A DNA stretch of 64,000 bases from Elainellaceae cyanobacterium (GCA_050331115.1 JBHJHD010000010.1:27368-91367), one strand, 5' to 3'; positions 19,588 to 30,606 are shown, counted from the first letter of the stretch. The notes: generated by a model not told the origin, from the letters alone. Translations and numbers: made by a program.

Positions 19588-21087
19588 ATGAAATTACGAC
19601 AGCTTCTAGCGAGTCTACCCATCCCCATCAACGTCCTAGCCGATGACTTTGTTCGGACAGACTTAGATGCAGACGTCACGGGGCTATCCACAAATTCCCA
19701 GACCTGCCAGCCTGGCGATCTTTTTATTGGGCTGCCGGGGACGCGGGTCGACGGGGGTGAATTTTGGCCCAGCGCGATCGCCTCTGGTGCTGTGGCGGCG
19801 CTGATCTCCCCTGCCGCGGCCCAAAGCGCTCCGCCCCGCGACGAGGCCTGCGTCCTTGTCTATGCCGACATCCTAGAGGCCTGCGCCCAGGTGTCTGCCA
19901 GCTTCTATGGCCAGCCGTCGGCGCAGCTCAGCCTCGTAGGGGTGACGGGCACCAACGGCAAAACCACCACCACCCACCTGATCGAAGAGATCCTGGGCCA
20001 GTCCTATGCCACTGCCCTGCTGGGCACCCTCTACACCCGCTGGCCCGGCCATCAGCAAACGGCGCTGCACACTACCCCGTTCTCCGTTGACCTCCAGCGT
20101 CAGCTCGCCGAGGCCGCATCCGCCGGCGCCACCCACGCCATCATGGAGGTCAGCTCCCATGCCCTGGCCCAAAAGCGAGTCGCCAGCTGCCAATTTGATG
20201 TAGCGGTGTTCACCAACCTCACCCAAGACCATCTGGACTACCACCGCGACATGGATGAGTACTTCATGGCCAAGGCGCAGCTGTTCACGCCCGCTTATCT
20301 GCGGGGTAGGGCGGTGATCAATCGAGACGACCCTTACGGCCAGCGGCTCGTCCATCAAACCGCCGCACCGGTCTGGACCTACAGCACCCTCACGCAAGAC
20401 GCCGACTTCCGGGCCGATGGCCTCAGCTACGGTCCCGATGGCGTCAGTGGGCAGCTCCACACCCCGGCGGGCAGTACCCCGTTTCAGTCGCCCTTAGTCG
20501 GGCAATTTAATTTGTCGAACCTGCTGGCGGCGATCGCCGTAGCGCTGCAGCTCGGGCTGTCCCTAGAGGCCGTCGTCGCTGCCCTGCCTCAGTTTACCGG
20601 GGTGCCGGGGCGCATGGAGCGCGTGAAAGTTTCCCCGGATCAAGACGTCACGGTAATTGTGGATTACGCCCACACCCCAGACAGCCTGGAAAATCTGCTG
20701 CGGGCCTCGCGTCCCTTTGCCCAGAAGAGATTGATCTGCGTCTTCGGCTGCGGCGGCGATCGCGACCGCACCAAGCGGCCCCAGATGGGGGCAATCGCCG
20801 CCAAGCTTGCGGACTGGGCGATCGTCACTTCTGACAATCCCCGCACCGAAGACCCGGCGCAAATACTGAAAGACATCGTGGCCGGGATGGACCAGGCCAC
20901 CCCGACGGTGATTGGCGATCGCGCCGAGGCTATTCGTCAGGCGATCGCCGTCGCCGCGGCTGGCGACACCGTGCTAATCGCCGGCAAGGGGCATGAAGAC
21001 TATCAAATTTTAGGTACTGAAAAAGTCCACTTCGATGATCGGGAGCAGGCGCGGCAATCTTTGCAAATTCGCCAAGGTCAGCGCTAG
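19588..21087 (+). CDS. murE: UDP-N-acetylmuramoyl-L-alanyl-D-glutamate--2,6-diaminopimelate ligase
   Basis: GVTGTNGKTTTT P-loop; DNPRTEDP motif typical of MurE; 499 aa. Confidence 0.9.
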   Translation: MKLRQLLASLPIPINVLADDFVRTDLDADVTGLSTNSQTCQPGDLFIGLPGTRVDGGEFWPSAIASGAVAALISPAAAQSAPPRDEACVLVYADILEACAQVSASFYGQPSAQLSLVGVTGTNGKTTTTHLIEEILGQSYATALLGTLYTRWPGHQQTALHTTPFSVDLQRQLAEAASAGATHAIMEVSSHALAQKRVASCQFDVAVFTNLTQDHLDYHRDMDEYFMAKAQLFTPAYLRGRAVINRDDPYGQRLVHQTAAPVWTYSTLTQDADFRADGLSYGPDGVSGQLHTPAGSTPFQSPLVGQFNLSNLLAAIAVALQLGLSLEAVVAALPQFTGVPGRMERVKVSPDQDVTVIVDYAHTPDSLENLLRASRPFAQKRLICVFGCGGDRDRTKRPQMGAIAAKLADWAIVTSDNPRTEDPAQILKDIVAGMDQATPTVIGDRAEAIRQAIAVAAAGDTVLIAGKGHEDYQILGTEKVHFDDREQARQSLQIRQGQR

Positions 21088-21245
21088 TTTGGACGGGTTT
21101 AGCGGTTACTTTGTGAAGACCTGTATGGGCGGCTAGAATTAGCGCCGCTGATATTTTAAGTGACTGCTAAGTGATTACACCGGACTTTTTCAATCGCTGT
21201 TTTAGGGGCCGTAATTTCAGGGTACTCAAGAATTAATCCTCTATA

Positions 21246-22826
21246 TTGAGCTTTAGATCCCCCATGCTCACGAGCGCCCTACGACCCGCTATGACATCGC
21301 TTTACGACACGCTCCAGGCTGCCGACTGTCTATCCCGCGAGTTGTTGCTCAGCCCATCTACCTTTAAGTCAACAATTAGCGCTGTTTTCGCGCTGCTCAG
21401 AGAGCAACAAATTTCGGCCACCGTAATTGCTAAGCTGCCGCGAGAGTCGATCTGGTACGAGGCCCTTGAGCAATATCGCCATAGCTCGCACTGCGGCAGC
21501 TCGATTTACCTGCTCAAGCCCCAAACCAGACGCGGCGCTTACAGCGACGCCCAAAATATTTCCACCCCAGTTTCTGCAAGCGTTGTCGATACCGGCCTAT
21601 ATGCCGCAGTGCCGCAGCGATCGCAGGTTACTGATATCTGGCTGCCCGCCAATAATTCGCTGCGCCGCGATTTTTTCGTGCTGGTGATTTCCGCTGAGTT
21701 TCAGAGCCTGCTGCTGGCCCACCGGCGCGCTAAAGATAAGTCGGACAAGGCGGCTACAGCCGCCGAACCTATAGCCGCCGAGTCTAAAGCGTCCTCGGAG
21801 ACCGCATCCGCTGATGAGCAGCCTTCTATAAAAGCATCGCTATTCGGTCTCCATTCCTTCGAGCCTCAAGACGTTAAAATAGGACTAGAGGCAATCACCT
21901 GCTGTATTGAAGCGCTGCAGCCTCAGCCCTCGCAAACTATTGTGCCCGTGCTCGAGCATTGGGTGCAGCTATTAGACCAAGCGGGCCAGTGGACCCCCGA
22001 CGTAGCGCTTTTAAGCAACCTTTGGGCGCAGCAGATCTCACAGCAAGAGCGCCTTTGGCAGGCCAACATCGCCTTAAAGCCGCAGGCGGAGCTGGTCGAT
22101 CAGATCAAGCGGGATAGCCAGACGCTAACTCAAACAATTGAACTTAAAGATGAGCTTTTCAAGCGAGTAGGGCAGGAGCTGCGGGCCCCGCTATCCAGCA
22201 TGAAGACCGCGCTATCTATTCTCAGCTCTCAGAATCTTAAGCCCGCGCAGCGGCAGCGATATATCGATATGCTGACCCGCGAGTGCGATCGCCAGAGCGC
22301 TCTCATTAAAAGCATCCTAGAGCTGATCCACCTCGAAGAGATGAGCGACTCTACAGCGATGGAGCCGCTGAACCTGATTGACATCGTACCCGGCGTGGTC
22401 AGCACCTATCAGCCGCTAGCCCAAGAGCAAGGCATCATGCTGGCCTATACGATTCCTGACGATTTGCCACCCGTGGCCTGCCTAGGGCCCTGGCTCAAGC
22501 AAGTTGTGATCAATCTTTTAGACAACGGCATTAAATTTACGCCTCAAGGCGGCCGAGTTTGGGTTAGGGCAGGCGCTAAGGCAGGCCTCATTCAGCTTGA
22601 GTTCCAGGACACCGGCATCGGCATTGCGCCGGCCGATATCGCTATGGTTTTCGATCGGTTCTATCGAGGACGGAGTCAAGCCGACGACGCGACAGTAGGT
22701 ACGGGCCTCGGGCTCTCCATAGTGCAGCAGCTTTTGCTCAAATGCGGCGGAACTATCTCCGTTAAGAGCGAGCTCGGTCACGGCTCCACATTCCACGTGT
22801 CGCTGCCAATTTACGTAGAAGGCTAG
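21246..22826 (+). CDS. Sensor histidine kinase (cytoplasmic; N-terminal sensory region of unknown type, HisKA plus HATPase_c)
   Basis: H-box (ELRAPLSSMKTALSIL), N/G1/G2 boxes (NLLDNGIKFT, DTGIGI, GTGLGLSIV); no TM segments. Confidence 0.8.
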   Translation: MSFRSPMLTSALRPAMTSLYDTLQAADCLSRELLLSPSTFKSTISAVFALLREQQISATVIAKLPRESIWYEALEQYRHSSHCGSSIYLLKPQTRRGAYSDAQNISTPVSASVVDTGLYAAVPQRSQVTDIWLPANNSLRRDFFVLVISAEFQSLLLAHRRAKDKSDKAATAAEPIAAESKASSETASADEQPSIKASLFGLHSFEPQDVKIGLEAITCCIEALQPQPSQTIVPVLEHWVQLLDQAGQWTPDVALLSNLWAQQISQQERLWQANIALKPQAELVDQIKRDSQTLTQTIELKDELFKRVGQELRAPLSSMKTALSILSSQNLKPAQRQRYIDMLTRECDRQSALIKSILELIHLEEMSDSTAMEPLNLIDIVPGVVSTYQPLAQEQGIMLAYTIPDDLPPVACLGPWLKQVVINLLDNGIKFTPQGGRVWVRAGAKAGLIQLEFQDTGIGIAPADIAMVFDRFYRGRSQADDATVGTGLGLSIVQQLLLKCGGTISVKSELGHGSTFHVSLPIYVEG

Positions 22827-23092
22827 CGGCGGAAAACGCCTCAAAGAAACGCCTCTGGTAGCGGCTTCTGATAGCGGTTTTTAGTGGTCGATGTCAATTA
22901 TTGGGGCTATTATAGTGAGATGCTTGAGCGCGCTACAGCTGACCTGGTGAGGGTGCAACTGCTGTAAGCGTTTAGACAAGCGGCTAACCGCCATACCGGC
23001 TTCCCGTGAGCGCCCTGCTGTGACCGCTTCAGTAGGCCTCTGGTCAGCGGCGTCTGGCGACGTATGTCTCACTAACACTAGGAGAGGCGAGT

Positions 23093-23887
23093 ATGAAGCG
23101 ATTTCGGATTAGGTGGAGCAGGGCTCTGACGTCTCCCTTATCTCAGGTGCTATCCCAGACCGTTGGCCGACTTGGCAGTAAGACCAAGCGCCGTCTACAT
23201 TCGCTGGAGACGGTTATCGCGGCTGTTGAGGCGGAGCGCGATCGCCTGCGCAAAGAGCTGCGAGATTTAATCCACTACACCGACGCCGAGATTCGACAGC
23301 TCAATCAGACCATAGAGGCGCTAGAGCAAGAGCGCGACGAGCTGCAGCTACAGCTCTGGAGCATTGAGGAGACTGAGGCGGCCGCGTCAGCCCCCAGCCG
23401 CATCGATGCTGACGCCGCGGGCGACGGCGGCCTGGCCCCAAACAACCTGTACGTTTCGGAATCGTCTGAAGAAGAGACCGCCGGCCTATCCAAGCAGTCC
23501 GCCGCTAAAGCGATTGAAAGCGCCATAGAAGGCGCTCTAGAGAGCGATTCAGATCTATCTTGGCTGCGCCTGGCGCTGGTTGGAGGCCACTCGGCCACTC
23601 GGCGGGGCGTGATTCAGGAGCTCAAGGGGCGCTACGGCCTCAAGCACTGCGTTGAAATCCCGCGAATGACGGAATCCAACACTAACCGCAGCCGCGTCAA
23701 GGCCAAAATTCGCCACTGCGATCTAGTTGTAATCATCACGGGCTATATGGGGCACCGGCTTACCGAAATCGTCTACAGCCTCAAAGCTGCTGACGCGCTG
23801 GCGGGCGAGGTGCTGCAGCTCAGCTGTCGGGGTAAAAGCGGCGTAGTGCGTGAAATCATTAAGCACCTGGGCGAAGTGCAGAGCTAG
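23093..23887 (+). CDS. Coiled-coil protein with a conserved C-terminal domain (DUF2325-like, tentative)
   Basis: N-terminal heptad-rich segment (LRKELRDLIHYTDAEIRQLNQTIEALEQERDELQLQL); C-terminal block with LALVGGHS...HCDLVVIITGYMGH. Confidence 0.4.
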   Translation: MKRFRIRWSRALTSPLSQVLSQTVGRLGSKTKRRLHSLETVIAAVEAERDRLRKELRDLIHYTDAEIRQLNQTIEALEQERDELQLQLWSIEETEAAASAPSRIDADAAGDGGLAPNNLYVSESSEEETAGLSKQSAAKAIESAIEGALESDSDLSWLRLALVGGHSATRRGVIQELKGRYGLKHCVEIPRMTESNTNRSRVKAKIRHCDLVVIITGYMGHRLTEIVYSLKAADALAGEVLQLSCRGKSGVVREIIKHLGEVQS

Positions 23888-23943
23888 TGCTTCGAGAGGC
23901 CTGGCACAGGCTTAATAGAGGGCTTAGGGCAAGCCTGGTTCGG

Positions 23944-24621
23944 CTAGGGCTCCCGCAGCACGTAGCCCACGCCTCGTACCGTCTGAATCATGCGCTTTTC
24001 GCCTTCGGCCTCTAGCTTCAGACGCAGATAGCGAATATAGACCTCAATAATGTTGGAGTCCCCCATAAAGTCGTACCCCCAGACCTCTTCCAGGATACGA
24101 TCGCGGGTCATCACCTGGCGGGGGTAGGACATCAGGTACTCCAGCAGGTCAAATTCTTTAGCCGTCAGCTCGATGGCGCGATCGCCCCGAAACACCTCTC
24201 GGGTCTTGCGGTCGAGCTTTAGGTCTTCAAACTGAAGGACGTCAGCGTCGTCCTCTTGGGTGCGGCGCAGGTGAGCGCGGATTCGGGCCAGCAGCTCTTC
24301 GATGCTGAAGGGCTTGACGAGGTAGTCGTCTGCCCCGGCATCGAGGCCCGCCACGCGATCGCTGATGTCGTCTTTGGCCGTCAGCAGGATGACCGGCACC
24401 TTAGAGCCTGTCGCCCGCAGCCGGCGGCAGACCTCTAGCCCCGTCATTCCCGGCATCAGCCAGTCTAGGATAACCAGATCGGGATCGCTATCGCGAATCG
24501 TCGTCAGTCCCGTCAGTCCGTCGTGGGCTACGGTCGTTTGATAATCTTCGTAGCCTAGCTCTAGTTCAATGAACCGGGCTAGCTTCTCCTCGTCTTCAAC
24601 GACTACGATGTGGGGTTTCAT
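23944..24621 (-). CDS. OmpR-family response regulator (receiver plus winged-helix)
   Basis: MKPHIVVVEDEE...DLVILDWLMPGMTGLEVC...LTAKDD...DYLVKPF and a C-terminal trans_reg_C; start trimmed to the internal Met; overlaps the end of the upstream kinase gene. Confidence 0.85.
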   Translation of the reverse strand: MKPHIVVVEDEEKLARFIELELGYEDYQTTVAHDGLTGLTTIRDSDPDLVILDWLMPGMTGLEVCRRLRATGSKVPVILLTAKDDISDRVAGLDAGADDYLVKPFSIEELLARIRAHLRRTQEDDADVLQFEDLKLDRKTREVFRGDRAIELTAKEFDLLEYLMSYPRQVMTRDRILEEVWGYDFMGDSNIIEVYIRYLRLKLEAEGEKRMIQTVRGVGYVLREP

Positions 24622-26080
24622 GGACATGCTCAAGTAAAGGCAGCGAGACGGTAAAGGTACTCCCCTGGTTGGGCTGTGACGCAACGCTGATGCGGCCGCC
24701 CATGCCGTCAATCAGCGTCTTTGCTAGGGATAGGCCTAGGCCTGAGCCCCCCGTCGCCCGGCTCCGCGCCGCATCTACGCGGTAGCAGCGGTCAAAGATT
24801 CGGGGCTGATCCGCTAGCGGAATACCGATACCGCAATCGCACACCTGGATAATAACATTGTTGCCTGAGCGAGCGACGCGCAGAACCACCGGCTGATCGG
24901 AACTTGAGTAGCGTAGCGCATTGTCAAGCAGCTTCACCAGCACCTGACGCAGCTTCTCAGAATCGACCCTAACTAACATCCGCGGGTCAGTCTGCTCAAA
25001 ATCAGCAGCATCGACCACAATTTCACGGCGGCTAGAGGCTTCTATCTTTTGAGCAACCTCACGAACCAGCGCGATGACGCAGACGTCGCTAGCGCTATAT
25101 TGAACGCTGCCGCTGTCCGCGCGGGCCAAGTTGAGCAGGTCTTCCAAGATGGCAATTGAGCCTTCAACCTCTGAGAGCGCCGTTCCTAAGGCCTCTCGCT
25201 GCGGCGGCTTTAGATTTTTCCCGCGACGCTGGAGGCTTTGCAGGTAGCCGTAGCTAATGGCCAGCGGCGTGCGCAGCTCGTGGGAAATGTCGTGGGTAAA
25301 CTGTCGCTGCTGATCGAGCGCCGCAGCGAGCCGCGCCAGCATGTCCTCGCAGGTTTGGACCAGCTCGCTAACTTCGGTGGGCGCATTTTCCAGCTTCATG
25401 CGCACGTGCCCCAGTTCCTCTAGCTTCAGGTGGGCCGTAATCTGGCTCATTTGCCGTAGGGGGGACAGCGATCGCCTCACATAGAGGGCTACCGCCGCGA
25501 CAAGTCCCAACAGCGCCAAGCCGGTAGCTATCCCCAGGCTGCGCACCAGCGCCCTGAGCCGCGCCATATCTTCGGTAATATCGAGAAAGACGTAGAGCCC
25601 ATAGGGGCTAGGCTCGCTAGTTTTCAGTGGTCCGGTGCAGACGAGGTAGTCTCTGCCGTCTAGGCCAATGATGCTGGTCTTAATCTTCGCGGGGGGCTTA
25701 GCGCCCGTGTCCATCTGAGTCATCAGATAGTCCACTATCCACTTGTTCTGGGCAATCTGATCAGACCGCGTTACTATCTCACTGTCCAGGGCTACGAGCA
25801 CCGTCATCTCGGAAAACGACCGTAAATCGCTCACCTTTTGAATCGCTTCATCAAAGGGCATCGCAGCCTGATAGCGCTGGATGTCTTGAGGAATTTGCTG
25901 GACGACGCTCGTTACCTGGCGAATGTGGCGACCAACCAGAATTTGTCTGGTTTGCCAGCTCATCCACACCGACATACAGCCAATGCTGAGAGTGGCCAGT
26001 AGCGCAACGCCTAGGCTAAGGCGCGTCTGTAAGGAAGACCAGTCAATCCAGTGGTGAGAACGCCGCGATCGCTGGAGCAT
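24596..26080 (-). CDS. Membrane sensor histidine kinase (2 TM plus periplasmic loop, HAMP, HisKA, HATPase_c)
   Basis: H-box HDISHELRTPL; G-boxes DCGIGI / GGSGLGLSLAK; forms an operon with the downstream response regulator. Confidence 0.85.
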   Translation of the reverse strand: MLQRSRRSHHWIDWSSLQTRLSLGVALLATLSIGCMSVWMSWQTRQILVGRHIRQVTSVVQQIPQDIQRYQAAMPFDEAIQKVSDLRSFSEMTVLVALDSEIVTRSDQIAQNKWIVDYLMTQMDTGAKPPAKIKTSIIGLDGRDYLVCTGPLKTSEPSPYGLYVFLDITEDMARLRALVRSLGIATGLALLGLVAAVALYVRRSLSPLRQMSQITAHLKLEELGHVRMKLENAPTEVSELVQTCEDMLARLAAALDQQRQFTHDISHELRTPLAISYGYLQSLQRRGKNLKPPQREALGTALSEVEGSIAILEDLLNLARADSGSVQYSASDVCVIALVREVAQKIEASSRREIVVDAADFEQTDPRMLVRVDSEKLRQVLVKLLDNALRYSSSDQPVVLRVARSGNNVIIQVCDCGIGIPLADQPRIFDRCYRVDAARSRATGGSGLGLSLAKTLIDGMGGRISVASQPNQGSTFTVSLPLLEHVHETPHRSR

Positions 26081-26477
26081 AGATTACCGTAATTCGACAG
26101 ACTGACCATCCAAGCACTACCAGCTTATAAAACAGGGCACAATATAAATGAGTTATCCCTGAACGGTACGTTAATTCTGGTAAATTTCCAGCGTGGCTCT
26201 TTCGCTTTCTGTTAGCTTACCTTTACTCACAGCGGCTAGGCCTTACTTGAGCGAAGGTAAATCTAGCGCATTGAGGTTCAGCTGCGATAAATCCTGGCGG
26301 CCATTGCGGATAGGGTAGCAGTCGTTCTGTAATAGGGGAAGACGCCTTACCCAAATCTAATCGAGTTTATTTGTCCTTAAAGAATCTAGAAAGAATCCGG
26401 ACAAGTTAGGCTTACGGTCCCCGTAGCGCTAGGGTTGGAATAGGTATGGTGTCGTGATGTACTGAGAGACGTGCTAG

Positions 26478-27236
26478 ATGGCCGAGGTTTTAAAGATTGG
26501 AAGCCGCTCAGTTAGCGCTGACGAAATCCTGCCGCTGATGGCGGGATATCAAATGCTGCCGAAATTTATTCAAGAGCTGGTAATTGATGATGCGATCGCA
26601 GACATCAGCTGCACAGAAGAAGAAAAGCAGCAGGCGCGGCAGGCGTTCTATGCCCAAAACAAGATAGCTGACGAGGCCACCCGACAAGGCTGGCTCGCTG
26701 CTTACGGCATGACGGTTGAGCAGCTCGACGCGCTAGCGCTGCGGGAGCTCAAAATTGAGACCTTTAAGCAGCAGACCTGGGCCCCGAAGCTAGAGTCTTA
26801 TTTCCTAGAGCGCAAGGGCAAGCTAGACAAAGTTATCTATTCGCTGATTCGCACTAAAGATATCGGCATTGCCCAGGAGATCTATTTCCGCATTCTCGAG
26901 GGTGAGCAGCCGTTCTCTGAGCTAGCAAACAAATACTCCCAAGGCCCTGAGGCACAGACCGATGGTTTAATTGGCCCCGTGGAGCTGAGCGTTCCCCATC
27001 CGACTCTGGCTAAAATGCTCTCCGTCAGTCAGCCCGGCCAGCTTTGCCCTCCGACCCGCGTGGGTGAGTGGGTGGTGATTGTGCGGTTAGAGCGATTTGT
27101 GCCCGCCCAGCTCGACGACCCTATGCGGCAGAGGATGCTGAACGAGTGCTTCCAGACGTGGCTGCAAAAAGAAACGCGGGAGCAGGCAAACGAATCCTTG
27201 GGAACGCCCGTCGCACCGGTGTCGTCCCAAACCTAA
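26478..27236 (+). CDS. PpiC/parvulin-type peptidyl-prolyl isomerase-like protein (SurA-N-like plus rotamase domain)
   Basis: Parvulin-like block (IAQEIYFRILEGEQPFSELANKYSQGPEAQTDGLIGPVEL...GEWVVIVRLE); directly upstream of the ABC/HlyD exporter. Confidence 0.55.
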   Translation: MAEVLKIGSRSVSADEILPLMAGYQMLPKFIQELVIDDAIADISCTEEEKQQARQAFYAQNKIADEATRQGWLAAYGMTVEQLDALALRELKIETFKQQTWAPKLESYFLERKGKLDKVIYSLIRTKDIGIAQEIYFRILEGEQPFSELANKYSQGPEAQTDGLIGPVELSVPHPTLAKMLSVSQPGQLCPPTRVGEWVVIVRLERFVPAQLDDPMRQRMLNECFQTWLQKETREQANESLGTPVAPVSSQT

Positions 27237-27570
27237 TATGTCCCCAATTAAGCCACGCCCCAAACAAACCGCGTCCTAAACTGGACATTAGCAAATCGAT
27301 GCGCTCGATCGCCCTACAGCTTATCTCCCGTAGCTTATAGCCCATGCCTCATGCGCTGATTGACCTATGGGATACGGCAGTGCACTCACGTTATACAGGA
27401 TCGCGTTCCTAAAGAGTCACGTTACACAGCCATAACTCAGCAAATGCTTAGCGCCCGTTTAGCTGACCACGGATTATCTGAGCTATTCTGAATCTGTTTC
27501 GGTATCTGTTTTTCTATCCTATGTCCTTGGTTTATACGCTCACCCATGCGGCTGCTCTATTAATATCGCT

Positions 27571-30500
27571 ATGACTTATACCAAAAGCACAATTCAAGGC
27601 TTCTTAGAGAGCATTCCTCCATTCAATCAGCTGCAGCAGCCTACCCTAAAGCGGCTGTCGTCGCAGCTAAAGCTGCTGCGCTACCGCATGGGACAGGCCA
27701 TTCTCGTGCGGGACAAGATGCCCGCCAATATTACGATTATTTATGAAGGGCAGGCCCGGCTTTTGGCCTACGACCCACGAACCGAGAAGCCCCAAACGCT
27801 TCAGCTGCTGCAGCCGGGCGCTGTACTGGGCTGGGTGGGCCTGGTGCGCGGCGTACCCAGCGAGACGGCGATCGCCTCCACGGAAACCATCTGCCTAACC
27901 ATGCCCGCCCTCGACTTCTTGGCCGTCCTAGAGGGGGAGTCGGTCCTAGCGAAGAATTTCCGTGAGCGAGTGTCGCTCTTAGAAGCGTTCGACCTGCTGG
28001 GGGCGGAAATTCACCGCCGCGCTATCGGCGAAGCCGACCTTAAACAAGTCGCCACAGCGGGCGAAGCTGAGGCGGTGGTGGAAAATGTGCCCTCGGGTGA
28101 GGTCTCCCTCAACCGCCTCGACACCAACCGCATTTGGTTTGTCAGCGGCGGCGGGGCGATCGCCAATCACGCGGTGGGCACCCGACTGCCGGTTGACCCC
28201 AACAGCAACGCTTCTATAACGGTTACCGGGTCTTACCCCGCTCGGCTCGTGGGCTTTCCCAGCTCTATCCTGCGGGCCCAGGCGCTATCAGCCTCGCAGC
28301 AGGGCGACTTAGACGGGGCGATCGCGCCCGTAGACGCCCCCGAAGGCTTAGAAGACGATCTTCCCTATGCCCCCGAGCGCCCGGAAGCGCTGGAAGCGCC
28401 GATATTCAAAGAAGAGAGCAACCGCAAGAAAGGCCCTGGCGACTATCCCTTTGTCTCCGGTCGGGGCGAGATCGACAGCGCTATGGCCTGCTTCCAGATG
28501 CTGGCCAAGCATTTGAACCTGCCGTTTCGACGGGACGTGGTGCGCCGCGTGCTCAACGAGCAGGTCGAGCGTATGGGCGGTCTGTCCCTAGAGCTGTGCG
28601 GCGCCATCACCGAGATGATGGGCGTGCAGGCGCAGCTGATCTCAGTCCCGGCCAGCGCCCTGGGTCGCCTAGAGGCTCCGGTACTCACGAAGTGGCAGGG
28701 CAACTTGGTTTTGATGTACGACATCAACCCCCAAGAGGCGATCGTCGCCCTGCCCGAGACCGGCGTCCTGCGCCGTCCCATCGAAGACATGGCCCGCACC
28801 TGGGGGGAAGAGGGGGAAGACGGCAGCCGCAAGGGGCAGGCTCTTCTGTTCCGGCTCACCAAGCAGTCGCCCCAAAAGCGCTTCGGGCTGAGCTGGTTTT
28901 TGCCCTCTTTGATTAAGTACAAGCGAGTGCTCATCGAGGTGTTTGTGGCCTCGTTCTTTGTGCAGCTTTTTGCCCTGGCCAATCCCCTGATGATTCAGGT
29001 GATTATCGACCGAGTGATTGTGCAGAACAGCTCCGATACCCTGCAGGTGTTGGGCATCTTCCTACTGGTGATTGCGGTATTTGAAGCGGTGCTCACCAGC
29101 TTGCGGACCTACCTGTTCGTGGACACCACCAACCGCATCGACCTGGCCCTGGGCTCAGAAATCATCGACCACCTGCTGCGGCTGCCCTTGCGCTACTTCG
29201 AGCGCCGTCCGGTGGGCGAGCTCTCCACCCGCATCAACGAGCTAGAAAATATCCGCCAGTTCCTCACCGGCACGGCCCTGACGGTGGTGCTCGACGCTAT
29301 CTTCTCGGTGCTTTACATCGCCGTGATGTTTATCTACAGCTGGCTCTTGACCCTGGTGTCTTTGTCAACGGTGCCGCTGTTTGTAGGCTTAGCGGTCATT
29401 GCCTCCCCCGCCATCCGCCGTCAGCTGCGCCTCAAGGCGGAGCGCAACGCTGAAACCCAGTCCTACCTGGTGGAGGTGATGAGCGGTATCCAGACCGTCA
29501 AGGCGCAAAATATGGAGCTGCGAGCCCGGTGGCAGTGGCAGCAGCGCTACGCCCGCTACGTCAGCGCTGGCTTTAAGACCGTCTTGTTTTCAACCGCGGC
29601 CAGCTCTACCAGCGGCTTTTTCACTAAGCTGTCGGGTCTGCTGGTGCTCTGGGTGGGGGCGGCCTTGGTGCTCAGCGGCGACCTCACCCTAGGTCAGCTG
29701 ATCGCGTTCCGCATCATCTCGGGCTACGTCACCACGCCGCTGCTGCGGCTGGCGCAGCTCTGGCAAAACTTCCAGGAGACAGCCCTGTCGATTGAGCGCC
29801 TGAGCGATATTGTAGACGCCACGCCGGAGGCAGATGAAACCGAGCGCCAAAACATTCCCCTGCCTCCCATCACTGGCAACGTCAAGTACGAGAACGTCTC
29901 TTTCCGCTTTAAGGAAAGCGGCCCCATGGTGCTCAATAACGTCAACGTCGAGTTTGAGCCCGGTGGATTTATCGGCATCGTGGGCCAGAGCGGTTCTGGA
30001 AAGAGCACGATGACCAAGCTGCTGCCGCGTCTATACGAGTTAGAAAATGGCCGCATTCTCGTAGACGGCTACGACATCGGGAAGGTAGAGCTTTACTCCC
30101 TGCGTCAGCAGATCGGCATCGTGCCGCAGGAAAGCCTGCTGTTTGAGGGCAGCATTCAGGAGAACATCGCCCTCACCATGCCAGATGCTTCTTCAGAAGC
30201 CATCATCGATGCGGCAAAAGTAGCTGCGGCCCATGACTTCATCATGGAGCTATCCAATGGCTACAACACGCGAGTGGGTGAGCGGGGCGCGTCGCTCTCC
30301 GGTGGTCAGCGTCAGCGGATTGCGATCGCCCGTACCGTACTGGCTAACCCCCGGATGTTGATTATGGACGAATCGACCAGCGCCTTGGACTACGACACCG
30401 AGCGCCGCGTCTGTCTCAACCTAGCCGAAGCCTTCCAGGGTCGCACCGTGTTTTTTATCACCCACCGGCTCAGCACGATTCGCAACGCCGACACGATCCT

Positions 30501-30606
30501 CATGATGGACAAAGGCTCGATCGTGGAGACCGGCACCCACCCCGAGCTGATGGCCCTGCAGGGACGCTACTACTGTCTATATCAGCAGCAAGAGGCTCAA
30601 CTGTGA
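27571..30606 (+). CDS. HetC-like type I secretion ABC exporter: N-terminal cNMP-binding domain, C39-peptidase-like domain, 6-TM ABC domain, NBD
   Basis: 1011 aa; cNMP-like fold at the N-terminus; C39-like segment (...FVSGRGEIDSAMACFQMLAKH...); Walker A GQSGSGKST; ABC signature LSGGQRQR; Walker B LIMDEST. Confidence 0.85.
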   Translation: MTYTKSTIQGFLESIPPFNQLQQPTLKRLSSQLKLLRYRMGQAILVRDKMPANITIIYEGQARLLAYDPRTEKPQTLQLLQPGAVLGWVGLVRGVPSETAIASTETICLTMPALDFLAVLEGESVLAKNFRERVSLLEAFDLLGAEIHRRAIGEADLKQVATAGEAEAVVENVPSGEVSLNRLDTNRIWFVSGGGAIANHAVGTRLPVDPNSNASITVTGSYPARLVGFPSSILRAQALSASQQGDLDGAIAPVDAPEGLEDDLPYAPERPEALEAPIFKEESNRKKGPGDYPFVSGRGEIDSAMACFQMLAKHLNLPFRRDVVRRVLNEQVERMGGLSLELCGAITEMMGVQAQLISVPASALGRLEAPVLTKWQGNLVLMYDINPQEAIVALPETGVLRRPIEDMARTWGEEGEDGSRKGQALLFRLTKQSPQKRFGLSWFLPSLIKYKRVLIEVFVASFFVQLFALANPLMIQVIIDRVIVQNSSDTLQVLGIFLLVIAVFEAVLTSLRTYLFVDTTNRIDLALGSEIIDHLLRLPLRYFERRPVGELSTRINELENIRQFLTGTALTVVLDAIFSVLYIAVMFIYSWLLTLVSLSTVPLFVGLAVIASPAIRRQLRLKAERNAETQSYLVEVMSGIQTVKAQNMELRARWQWQQRYARYVSAGFKTVLFSTAASSTSGFFTKLSGLLVLWVGAALVLSGDLTLGQLIAFRIISGYVTTPLLRLAQLWQNFQETALSIERLSDIVDATPEADETERQNIPLPPITGNVKYENVSFRFKESGPMVLNNVNVEFEPGGFIGIVGQSGSGKSTMTKLLPRLYELENGRILVDGYDIGKVELYSLRQQIGIVPQESLLFEGSIQENIALTMPDASSEAIIDAAKVAAAHDFIMELSNGYNTRVGERGASLSGGQRQRIAIARTVLANPRMLIMDESTSALDYDTERRVCLNLAEAFQGRTVFFITHRLSTIRNADTILMMDKGSIVETGTHPELMALQGRYYCLYQQQEAQL

